DNA from: Octopus vulgaris
Taxonomy: Eukaryota
DNA: 64,000 nucleotides
Direction: 5' to 3'
Assembly (NCBI GenBank): GCA_951406725.2
Contig: OX597826.1
Location: 12,028,001 to 12,092,000 of the forward strand
The notes beneath the pieces are model-generated. The model did not search any database, was not told the DNA's origin, and worked only from the letters and a program-made list of their open reading frames with translations. Of this stretch, positions 40,581 to 53,140 are shown in pieces (the first letter of the stretch is position 1; the number at the start of each line of letters is the position of its first letter). The translations under genes and the position numbers were made by a program.

Positions 40581-42414
40581 CTATATATGTAACCTTTTAC
40601 TATGGAGTGAATATCATGTCTTTAAGCAGAGTATTGTATATTTCGATACGCACATTACCGACCAGTAAAATGTTTCTAAGAGGTGTAGAATACAGAGTAT
40701 TAAACCAGGTCTCATAACATATGTTTGTAAAACATCTTTCGTGTATATTATAGATTTCACACATGAAATAATTTAGATTTAGTATTGCTTATGAAACATT
40801 CGTTAAAGATCAGTGAACGGCTTAGAAAAAATTCTGCTTTGCAGAAAAGCCGAATTGTACGTAAATTTTATATTTACCAGAGGGTAGATTCTGCTTTTCA
40901 GATTTGTGGCAGAAACAGAATATAACCAACTGATGAAATATTCACTACTGAATCTTCAACCACTTCATCAGCATCCTATTAGTATCTATCGTCCGTGTAA
41001 AATACATTACTATATTATTAGCAATCTTGTTTCACTAAATACTGGTTTTGGATTCATTGTATCATATTCCTTTCAATAATGTGTTATTTCTCCTTGCATT
41101 CATTAAACAGAAGTTAGTTATGTTGGCATTAAGAATACTTTTTGATGGAAAAATATGAAGATAATGCTAATACAAGTTTTTAACTATTTTGACTGAGTAG
41201 TAGCTAAATCTAAGATTACTATCGACTTCAGATAGTCTGGAACAAACAGTAATCCTATTAGCATATGTGAAGAAGATATCGAATAAGCAAGAGTCTTAAA
41301 AATTAATACGGATAAAAATATGTTGAAACCGTTTCCTTGACTGAAAATAGTGTCAATGTAATAAAAAATTTAAAAAATAATCTGACGGTGATTTGTTAGA
41401 GCAGGAGTGGCCCCAAAGAGGTTATGCAAATACTTATATGTATTCGTATGATATTGCAGTATTAACACCCTGAAAATAGTTTACCGTATTTTCATGGTTT
41501 CTGCATCTTTGAAGCTTAATTTATTCTGCCATCAGAACTCTGTACACTTTATAACATGGTTGCTGTACAGTGTCTGTAACAGGACGGATACATTTGTCCT
41601 AACTGGAGTATGCAAAGGTATGCTGATAATAGATAGAAAGATGATTGGAATAAACATATAAATACATTCTTATGTAATATTTGTGACATGTTAGGTATGA
41701 TAGATAAAATTCATAAGCAAAGACTCAGTTACTGGAAGCTAAACGTATCGCTCCAGGCGCACCAAACTTACAAAGACAAGATTATCGAATTACTTTAAGG
41801 TGGTGTTGAAGAGGGTGATCGTCAAGAAACAAATGGTAATTCGACAGAAAAAAGGTTTAGCAAGGTCAGGGCGATAGAGATAAATAGAATAAAGGGTGTC
41901 TTATCTAGAAATGTAGAAGAGGGGCTGAAGAAAGTCATAGCAACCGTCGTGCTCGCGATGATATTGCTCCTTCACCAATTCTTCATAGCGAAACGGGAAG
42001 GCCGCATTTTGAGAGCTAAAACATGTGATTTAAGGCACGAAAGGACGAAAACCACTCGATAGTACCGAGTAGTGAAGGTGCAAAGTGGTAACAAAAACAA
42101 CAATTTAGACATTGGTGAATGTTATTCGACTTCATATAGATATATGTAGCTTTTCAACTGTTCAGGGCGAGTGGCGGGCTGGAACGCTGGATGGATTTTA
42201 GTAATCTTCATCGACAACCGGCCACCCGGCCACAACTCTCTGTGAGTGAGTCGCGGTGATGTAGCGCTGCTAAGAAAGGACTCAATCAAATAGAGGCATA
42301 GCAAAAGATTGACGCAATAGTAATAAAACCAAAAACAAACACTAATAAAATGATAAAGGATTAAAAATATCCAACATTGTTTTAACTCATTCAGTATACT
42401 TGAATATATTTCAG

Positions 42415-42537
42415 GATGGTCAGGTGAATCATGTCAAAACAATATTGACGACTGCGTGGGAAACGGTTGCAAGTTCGGTTCAACATGTGAAGATAAACTC
42501 GGATTTTATACCTGTACCTGCCCAGCAGGTATAACAG
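42415..42537 (+). CDS. Exon B of DSL-EGF gene (end of DSL + EGF1)
   Basis: tttcag|GA...ACAG|gtatg, 123 nt, phase 1-1. (G)WSGESCQNNIDDCVGNGCKFGSTCEDKLGFYTCTCPAGIT(G). Supplies the GWxGxxC that completes exon A's DSL domain across a 38.6-kb intron. Confidence 0.92.
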
Positions 42538-42571
42538 GTATGTTGATTTTATTAAAAGAAATAATATTTTT

Positions 42572-42995
42572 ATTACTCTTTACTCTTTTTACTCTTTTTA
42601 CTTGTTTCAGTCATTTGACTGCGGCCATGCTGGAGCACCGCCTTTAGTCGAGCAACTCGACCCCGGGACTTATTCTTTGTAAGCCCAGTACTTATTCTAT
42701 CGGTCTCTTTTGCCGAACCACTAAGTTACGGGGACGTAAACACACCAGCATCGGTTGTTAAGCAATGCTAGGGGGACAAACACAGACACACAAACATATA
42801 TACACACATACATATATATATATACATATATACGACAGTCTTCGTTCAGTTTCCGTCTACCAAATCCACTCACAAGGCTTTGGTCGGCCCGAGGCTATAG
42901 TAGAAGACACTTGCCCAAGATGCCACGCAGTGGGACTGAACCCAGAACCATGTGGTTGGTTAGCAAGCTACTTACCACACAGCTACCCCTGCTCA
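42572..42995 (-). mobile_element. SINE family A, full length, 35 bp downstream of exon B
   Basis: Full match including the (ACTCTTTT)n tail. Confidence 0.93.
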
Positions 42996-43176
42996 GTTTT
43001 ATTAATATGTTTCTAAAATTAAATCATATAAATATAATCTGAACTGTTACAGCCTTTAGAATGCTGTTCTGAACTGGAAAAAGGTTCATATACTTTGACT
43101 ACAATTTATGAAAGCGAGATGTCAATATTATGAAATGTTTTCGAATAAAACTTACAGACTTCATGCCCATCGAAAG

Positions 43177-43247
<71 letters not shown>

Positions 43248-43770
43248 ACACACACACACACACACTTATACGAAGCACATTCTATGCGAAGAAATCGGAT
43301 GATTTTGGCAGTCCTCCAATATCGGAAATTTGGCAACGTCCCGCTTCACGCAACATAAAGTTCCGGCAAAAATCGTCATAAATTCACATCTTTCGCATTC
43401 TGAGATTCCTCCCAACCCTAGAGCCGTGTTTTTTTTATGAACGAAACCTCATTCCTAATGATCAAACTAATTAGGGAAGGTTTCTCCTTGTGCAAACTCG
43501 ACCTCGAATGGAGAGTAAGTTATTTGTAAGTTTGGTACAAGAATAGACGAGGAATTGACAAAAGAACGAAGCCGTTACTTTATACACGAACATGAAATAA
43601 TAAATATTCTTAGATAGTTACGGAAACAAAAACACATACATAGAGCTCTACTTGAAAAATCTAATAAGGTGGGAATGAAATCGTAAATACATGCCAAGAG
43701 CTGTATAGTAGATTACAACATAAATTGATTAATTTGTTTGATTACAAAAATTTTACAACTATATAAATTC

Positions 43771-43810
<40 letters not shown>

Positions 43811-43825
43811 GTGTGTGTATATGCG

Positions 43826-43861
<36 letters not shown>

Positions 43862-46800
43862 AGTGTGTGTGTGTGTGTGTGTGCAAGTGTGTGTGTTTGA
43901 GGTTTCTGTGCGTATGTATTTGTGTGCGTGTGCATATGTTCCTCAGTGCATGTATATCATTTGTATGCTACACAGAGTAGTACCAGAGTGAAGTTTGAGC
44001 CGACACGAAAGCATGAATATCAATATGGTTAATTATCTCACCACCAGATTCTTTGTAATGTTCTTGTATACAATCCAATTAATCATCCTATCAAGTAAAA
44101 GGATATCTCTTGGGTGCTGCTTAACAAGCTGAGCAACGAACAGCTTCTGTTCTCAGTAACACATAACTGCATACACAGCTAATATTCTTAATGTTCCAAT
44201 GGTCTTAGCCTTTAACGGCTTCATTGAAAGTAGACTGGAATACTACACTTGTGAGGCTATTAAGTAAAATCAACAAATGTAACAGCGGTTTTCATTGGAG
44301 AGTTGAAAAACTTGTCTGAGGCTCTGAAAATTGTCTTGTCACAGTTTCATCTTTGGCTAAAGCATTGAAACATATTGAGAATATGTGACCTACCACAGCC
44401 AAAATTTAATGACTAAATGATGTGGAAGTCAGGTGGGGAAGGCTTTCATTAACGTTCTTATGAGCATAAACTATGTATTGTTGATGTTAGTTTATTCTTT
44501 CCGATTGTGCAGAACCACAGAAGATTGTTCTCTTACGAATTCAAAAGTCAGTGTATTTGGCAAGGATACCCATAGCCGTTTAAAAATGCAAGGTGTAACT
44601 TTAGCCAATCACTGTAGTTATACACTACAGTGGTAACAAGTTGGTGCTGTTATTTTATGTGCTACACGAACTATGACAGAATATGTCTGCAATCAAATGC
44701 ATTCTAGTGAATTATACCTAATTTTTTATCTAGATATATTCTACCTTGGATTTCTATTATCCAGTAGTGTATTCTTTATCAAGACCTTAGTTTGTTGCTT
44801 TAGATTTTGTTGCCATCTCTAGCAGGGGATAAGATCACGATGATATTCGCCTGTGAGCTTAGTTGTTAATTGACGATTTGTATGATGCATGCATGCCTTA
44901 AGACTAGGCCATAAAACTTATGTGTTCCTTATAAGGGAACACGTCGGCAATGATGACGAGATATCAAGGAAATGTGAAGCAATGATTTGTCGGTTGCTAG
45001 GTCGTCACTACATCCTCTCGATGCACCATAACACCGATTGAAACTTTCTGGCACCCGTAGATATTTTCATTCAGACATTTCCTCATTTCATTATATTCTC
45101 CTATGGCTTTCAAGCTCATATAATTTCCAAGTTATATCGAATTTAGCAATGCCTATTGTTATTGTTCTTTTTTTAAGACAAGATTAGGAAGCAAAAATAT
45201 TTCTACGGAAACAACAGAGTTATTTACTTAGACAATAATTGTTTTAATATATTAGTTATAATACTTTACAAGGTATTATAGACTGCTACAGATTGAGCAA
45301 GCTAGCAATACAACGGTTATATAAGAAATCAATAACCTTTTGTATGAACACTAACTTATAATTACTTCATCAGTTTTAAGATGGTAACAGCTGTAGCAAA
45401 TCTGAACTGCCACAGAAATATTTGCTGCCGAAATGGACGACAAACTGTGTGCGATAGCAATTTCTATGTTAGTAATGGACAATTTCAATTGATATATACA
45501 GGCGATAATGATGATAATCTTCATTCTAAATTTCACTATTTCCGTTTAACCCATTCAATATCAAAGTATACATCGTTGTCTGGAGCGAAACATACAGGAA
45601 GATATATTTGTTCTGTATATAGTTCCTTTTAGAAGTGTATAATTTGGCTGCGTGCACGTCAGCATCTGTTATTGAATATTAATCTATGCTCAAATGGTTA
45701 TAGAAACGTTTAATAATAAGATATTCACGTTGAAGAAAATAGAGAATGAACGAAAAGCAGGATCGAAAAAAGATAGCGAAAAGATCTAGACGATTTTCGA
45801 CATAAACAGAGGGCCTCAAATATAGGCGGGTGGAGTTAGTTGTTTAGATCATCCCAGTATTTGACTGGTACTCTGCTGCATATGTTCATGTATGTTTTCG
45901 TAAGTTTTCCTGAATGCTACTCAGCAAAATCCAAAAGACTATCCAGCTAGTATATCAGCCTAAAAATAAATAAGATCTATCAAGTGAACAAATGAACCAA
46001 GCACCAGACTAGTCAAAGACTACGAAGCAGGGGTGCACAGGAAAGAGTAGACCTAGTCATTTCTAAAAGTCATCTTTACAAACTTGCACAGCCAATATTT
46101 ACCGCAAATGTGACTACCAATCTGATTCCGTCGTAGGATATCTTACACTGGTAGATAAAACTAACTAGAAAAGGAAAAACACTTGAAAAAAACACACACA
46201 TATGCTTGCAGTTACGTAGGCGTATTCTCTCTCCTATTATTGTAGTAGAATGCAATTTGCTGTCATTTCCAACTTACACGTCTCTTATCTGCATTTTCGA
46301 CTTCAGCTCTTTTCAGATATTTATCGCACGCTATATCTGTCTGCTATTTCGCAACTTGTTCTATTTTATTTTCCTTGTTCAGGAATTAGTTACAACGGTT
46401 TAAATTATATATTTTCATCCACTATATCTCATTTAGAAGCAATCAATAACTAAAATACCTTTCTTTTGGTTGGTGACGTTACTAGGGAAAGCGATTCTGG
46501 TGTAAGGGGCCGAAACTGCAGCAATCCTCAATCGATTGCTGATGAGAGGCAGTATTCTGCTTAAATTCACATACATAAATATATACATACATGCACGCAT
46601 ATACATTTGGTTTGCAAGATTCTTGAGGTGAATTCGTGTGTTGAAAGAGATACAATTGAAACTTGGGTGGTGGGAATTATGCATCTAATAATAAACACAC
46701 GCACTGGTTTGGTCCTTTATTGTTATTGCTAGTTAATGGGTTAGTTACTCCACTCACAAAACTATCGATCAGCTGTCTTTTTACTAGTATTTCTAACTCC

Positions 46801-47282
46801 TATCTTAAACACTTTGGTCAAACAGTTAATCGATAGTTCTAATGTTCAGTATTGTTCAGTTTGTCATTTCTTTTTTTGTCAAATAATTATTTCATCGCAT
46901 TGCTTCAATCTCTTCAGTGACACATCTCAACTTCCATTTCTTTTGAACTTATGTTCCAGCGTTGGGATTTGTCCGAGATCTGTTCGATATGAGTGAGTGC
47001 GTGTATTTCTGTATGTGTGCGTGTGTTTATACATAAGTGCGTATGTGTGTGTTTTTTAAATACTGACTTCATTCATTTTTCATATACACATGATAATGGT
47101 TTGGTTTTCTCTTTGTTTTCTTCGCAAACGCACACGTTCATCCATATAACGTTTCTCTCCAAGACAGTTAAACCGTCTTCTTTGATAAATGTTGAATAAA
47201 TTGATATCTATCTGTGCGTGAGTATGAGTATGCATATGCGTGCGCGTGTGTCCGTCTGTGTATGAGAGAGCACGTGTGTAGG

Positions 47283-47391
<109 letters not shown>

Positions 47392-47419
47392 TTTTTTTCG
47401 TTTATTATTTTATTCTTTT

Positions 47420-47610
47420 ACTTCTTCCAGTCATGTTGCAGTCATGCTGGAGCACCGCCTTTAGTCGAATAAATCGACCTCAGGTTTTATTATTTGTAAG
47501 CCTAGTACTTATTCTATCGGTCTCTTTTGCCGAACTGCTAAGTTACAGAGATATAAACACACCAGCATCGGCTGTCAAGCAATGGTAGGGGGACAAACAC
47601 AGACACACAA

Positions 47611-47620
<10 letters not shown>
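47420..47620 (-). mobile_element. SINE family A 3' half
   Basis: Tail match. Confidence 0.85.
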
Positions 47621-47677
<57 letters not shown>

Positions 47678-47838
47678 GATGGGACACCATACGTATTATA
47701 AAACACTGTTTGGCATGTTCTCAGCACATACCAAACTAATATTAGTGAATAAAAACATATATTGTGTTTATTAAATAATATTTATCTCTCAACAAATGGA
47801 GTACTCTTTTTTGTTGATCACACCATCACGGAACAGTA

Positions 47839-47900
<62 letters not shown>

Positions 47901-48544
47901 TCATGAATGAGAGAGAGAAGTAGTTTGATGAACTTTTATTTAACAATAAAAAAATTCTAATATCATGACAAATTGTTTCGTAACTTAAAACATATAAATA
48001 ATTCATATTGTTATATTTTATGATAAATAAATTATTTACATGCCTGCATTAATGCAGAATGCAAAAGAATCCTTCGAAATACTAAAAATTTTAAGCTACG
48101 TTCTCAGGTGGAATAAAGTCTTTGTTAAATACTAAATTCTCGACGTAACTATATATAACGTAAAACCAAAATTGAAAAAGGTTATGGACGACAATAATAA
48201 TGCAATTTATATAAATTGATAAGCAGATTTTCTAGTAAATGGAAGGAAATTTTAGTAATATGATTAAATAGTAACTGGTAGATATCATTATTATAATAAA
48301 AGAAAGGAGATATATTTATTACTAAAAATCTAGAAAATAAAAAAATAAAAGATCGTAATTTATAACTTTATATAGCCTCGGATACGGAAATGTTCCCGAG
48401 TCTCTATGTACCCCCACTAAGGAAGCTACGTACGTTTTTCCAAAAGGGTTGCACATAATGTATTCCCTGCCGCCAAAAAACTAAAATGATTAGTCTAAGT
48501 GTGATAACTGAATAAAAATTCGAGGAAAATTAAAAACATATGAT

Positions 48545-48960
48545 TTATTGAAATTACCTTCGATTGAAAATAGGCGCGCCCATCATCCTTCTGCACAACT
48601 TCTCTCAACGAAAGCAATGCAATGGCACAAGACTTTCAGTGAAGAAATTCACGAGAAATGTTACAGAGGCCACAGTAATTTGTGTCTGTGGAAAAGGCGA
48701 AGCTGTTTTTATTCCTAGCTTACCTTTAATACCTTCCAATATGCCCTTCGAACTCAAACGACTTTAATTTCCATTTCGTCTGTCTTTTACGATATGCCAA
48801 CATCAGAATTTGAAAGTTATTGGTTTGCAATTGGAGGAGGAATATTTTTCACACAGTCAGTTGTATGATGATGGAGTTCCAGAGTGGGGAGCAAGGACAA
48901 TCGTTTCTCTTTCGCACCTACTGGTAAAACCCTAAACGTTGTCTTCAAGGAAGTTTTTAG
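48545..48960 (+). mobile_element. Helitron PIF1-like helicase C-terminal fragment
   Basis: LKIGAPIILL..N...CNGTRL...FIPSLPLIPS..PFELKRL*FP.RLSF, FSHSQLY, SRVG, TLNVVFKEVF. Confidence 0.88.
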
Positions 48961-49469
48961 CAGAGATCAAGAAGCCAAATTTTGTAGAATGAATAGTAAC
49001 TTTGAATTGATATTGCCAACGTTACAATTAAATATACTTATGTTAGTCTTAGGTTCATTTTTCTCTTACGTTTCACCAGATATCTAACGATTTGTATATA
49101 CAGTGTGGCTTATGTATCATAAAATGTATTTCAGTATAATCCAGTGATGAACAAGTCAAATTTATGTCATTAGTACTCCTATGAGCTTTCATCTGATGGC
49201 CATCATCCGACAAGGTGAAATAATCTTCATGCATGTGTATGTGTAGATATCCATATACATGAATCTTTCTATATGACATAATATTTAATATACTTGTGAC
49301 TTTTGTCTCATATTTAACAAATGGTTGGCTATAAGAAACCAAAATCCTAAAATAATTTTTCGGAACTCTTTAGTTAAGCGACAGAAGGGGAAGAAAGAAC
49401 ATAAGCTTTTATAGAGATAACAGACACGTACACACACTTATCTCTCTCGATTCCATTCTTTCTCTCTCT

Positions 49470-49509
<40 letters not shown>

Positions 49510-49511
<2 letters not shown>

Positions 49512-49725
49512 CTCTTACTCTTTTACTTGTTTCAGTCATTTGACTGCGGCCATGCTGACACCGCCTTTAATCAAGCAACTCGATCCGGGACTTATTCTTT
49601 TGTAAGCCCAGTACTTATTCTATCGGTCGCTTTTGCCGAACCGCTAAGTAACGGGGACATAAACACACCAGCATCGGTTGTCAAGCAATGCTAGGGGGAC
49701 AAACACAGACACACAAACACACACA

Positions 49726-49784
<59 letters not shown>

Positions 49785-49810
49785 AAGCTACTTACCACGC
49801 AGCCACTCCT
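49510..49810 (-). mobile_element. SINE family A with deletion
   Basis: 3' half plus head remnant at 49783-49810. Confidence 0.88.
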
Positions 49811-49946
49811 ACATATATTCATTCTTACACAAAAATATATATATGTATACACACACGCACGCACACAAACATATATAAGAATTTTTTGCGTAATGAGATA
49901 AAAAGAACCAAGGCTGTGTAGACATTAGAACATTTAAAGATAGAAG

Positions 49947-49998
49947 GTCTTGCAGCTGTTTCCAGGATATTTATTAATTATATCCCTTCATCGGAGAC
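49947..49998 (-). ncRNA. Degenerate hammerhead ribozyme (two core mutations)
   Basis: Minus strand GTCT-CCGATGA-AGGGATAT(loop)ATATCCTG-GAAA-CAGCTG-CA-AGAC. U4->C and U16.1->C predict inactivity. Confidence 0.6.
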
Positions 49999-50401
49999 GG
50001 TGTGAGAGGATGGTTAAGTAATACTTAATTTAGATATGATACAAAATAGAGAGTGAGGTGGAGGAAAGAAAATAGATGTGAGATATGTAGGGATATTGAA
50101 GTTGTAGATCCATTTTTTTAGGCAGAATGGTATATACGTAAGGTTCCAATACCTTATGAGTAAAATCCAACAGAATTTAAAATGGGTCATTCCAAATATA
50201 GAGTTTATACACAATGTAAGATTCCAATACCTATAAACTTATCTCATTACGCAAAAAAATTCTTATATACACACGCTGACATATGACCAACGTTGAACCC
50301 CTTATTCACAAAATTACCGAACCTGGAACTTAACTATGGTCTGTCTATAGCACTTATTCAGCATTACCTGACAACTTTGGGTCTCAATGACACCATTAAC
50401 T

Positions 50402-50484
<83 letters not shown>

Positions 50485-50584
50485 ATAATAATGAGGGAGA
50501 TAAATTAATATTAATTTTAATATCAATTTAAAACCAGTAGTCCAGCATACAAAAATCTGAGGAGTCAGAGAAAATTCTAATATA

Positions 50585-50985
50585 TGTGTATATTGGCAGG
50601 GCTTACTGCTAGGGAGTCGGCCATATGCTAGAAATAGACCATCAACGGTCAAACTACAAGGAAATTCTCTAGAGGAAAAATACAGCGAACACCAGAACCA
50701 ATTTTGGCGGGCATGACAGATGAAAATTTATATAAAAAACAGAATTAAATGCATACCTCGGTTTCAGCCTTAACAAGAGAATTACTTATGCAATCCAAAT
50801 GTCCGTGCTTCTTCAGTGCATCCGTTCATAGTAATGTAAACGGAAAAGCTAACCCCAGCTTTCGTGCCGGTACAGACACGTGGTGTTCGCTGTATTTTTC
50901 CTCTAGAGAATTTCCTTGTAGTTTGACCGTTGATGGTCTATTTCTAGCATATGGCCGACTCCCTAGCAGTAAGCCCTGCCAATAT

Positions 50986-50990
<5 letters not shown>
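50585..50990. repeat. 110-bp perfect inverted repeat (186-nt spacer containing a hammerhead), inside (TA)n
   Basis: 50585-50694 is the reverse complement of 50881-50990; the same peptide appears in ORFs on both strands. Confidence 0.92.
50749..50821 (-). ncRNA. Type I hammerhead ribozyme with canonical core
   Basis: Minus strand ATGCA-CTGAAGA-AGC(38 nt)GCT-GAAA-CCGAGG-TA-TGCAT: stems I, II and minimal III all pair. Confidence 0.75.
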
Positions 50991-51022
<32 letters not shown>

Positions 51023-51401
51023 GGCATAGTTACTGCTTACTAAATCACTAATTCACTACGTTTAGGTGAGCAGGGAATGAGGCTGGAGTGGAAAACAGTA
51101 GTCCATGATGCCGTACAATGGAAATGAATCCGAATCGATGTGTTACCGGAAGAAGCGTTTAAGCCCCACAGCATCACCAACAGATTCTGTTATGCCTTAG
51201 CATTCGCTTTCTTTTTATTGATACGACCTGCATATTGAGCATTCAATCTTTCTGAGCATTTGGCAATAGTGGACCATCATCGTTATTTCGGGTTCCTTAC
51301 GATACGATTTCTGCCACGTTTTCACACCTTCATATAAATTCTTCAATGTAACGTATTGATAATGTGCTATAATAACTTCACCCTAACACATGTCTTTTCA
51401 G

Positions 51402-51571
51402 GTCGCTACTGTGAAGCAGAAATTAACGAATGTGCATGGTTCCCTTGTCTCAACGGAGGTAGATGTCAGGATGGTCGCGCGTCCTTTTTATGTATCTGTC
51501 CTGCAAAATATACAGGGTCTCGGTGTGAACGAGAAATCAATGCTTGTGACAGTTCTCCTTGTTTAAATCAG
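51402..51571 (+). CDS. Exon C of DSL-EGF gene (EGF2, start of EGF3)
   Basis: ttttcag|GT...CAG|gttggt, phase 1-0. RYCEAEINECAWFPCLNGGRCQDGRASFLCICPAKYTGSRCEREINACDSSPCLNQ. Confidence 0.93.
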
Positions 51572-51984
51572 GTTGGTGATACATATCAATTTCATATTCC
51601 TGAATGCAGCGCAACGCATACAGTTAAATTGGATCTTAGTAGCATATACGAAGGGAATTCACTACATCTGGGCAAAGGATTAGTGATCCTTAATTCAGGC
51701 TTCGTAGGTATGTTGTAATGCATATGAGAGATTTCTATACACACAAATAACTAACTGGATTAACACCATCCTTCTAATGGTATTGCGCAATATTTTATCA
51801 ACAAGTAATGGCTGTGAGGATTAACAAATTTGGGTGAATAAATTGTCATGCTTTATATTCCTATGATCTTTCGAACTTTTTGATCAGGCGCTATACCATA
51901 CCATGGCGAGAAAAGAAAAGATATATAGATACAATAAGATATATCGATATTAATTCAATAAGAGTAAGGAAGATGGAGCAGATA

Positions 51985-52314
<330 letters not shown>

Positions 52315-53069
52315 TAATACATTGTTATTAATATCAGGAAATCAATATTAGAGAATTCTTCAGAAAGATATATACTTATGTAAAATAATTGTTGTATTAA
52401 ATATATAAATATATATAAATATATGTAAAAATGTATAAGTATAAATATATAATATATATGACAGTACAATATGATGGATTTTATGCATAATTATTATGGA
52501 TATATGTATGTATGTATATATATGCATGTATATATATATATATATATGTATATATCTATGTAAATATATCGCGATCGCGAGTGGACTCAGTCCGCTGCTT
52601 TTCGCCTAGGCACCGTCGTCGTCGGCCGCTCGTTCCGCGGGCGGTCGTCTGCCGCCTCGTCGGCGTTCGATTTCCTGGTCGCCGGCATCGGACGCACTTC
52701 CCCTCCGTTCCGTCGTCGCGACCTGTTTCCCGTCGAGCCGGTAGGCGCGCGGCGTCAGCAAGTCGCAGACGAGCGCCCCGCCACTGCCGCCGGCTTCGCG
52801 GCCGGTCGGCGGTACGGGATCCACGCGCTCTTCTCGACCGGGCCCGTCGCCCCACGAAAAGCGCAGGCATGGCTAACCGACGGAGACGGGCAAACGCACC
52901 TCGCCCTCAGCAAGAAAAAGACTTGTTTTAGTTCTATTCCTGAGCGCCATACTAATACATTATTTGTTTGTACTCCACCTGCCTTCGTCTTTTGTTTATT
53001 TTCGTAAACCTTCCGTTATATATATGTATATACGTATAGGTATATATATGTATATATACATACATATAT

Positions 53070-53112
<43 letters not shown>

Positions 53113-53140
53113 TGCATATATATACATGTATATATACATA

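Noticed and set aside
41571-41617. AG...GT-bounded segment reading VCNRTDTFVLTGVCK
   Set aside because: 47 nt and phase-incompatible; exons A and B already join to give a complete DSL domain.
45381-45632. Cys-containing ORF after an AG as an extra EGF exon
   Set aside because: No EGF cysteine spacing, stop in the required phase, and B-C join seamlessly.
52512-52931. Arg-rich ORFs on both strands
   Set aside because: Expected from very high GC content; starts lie in microsatellite.
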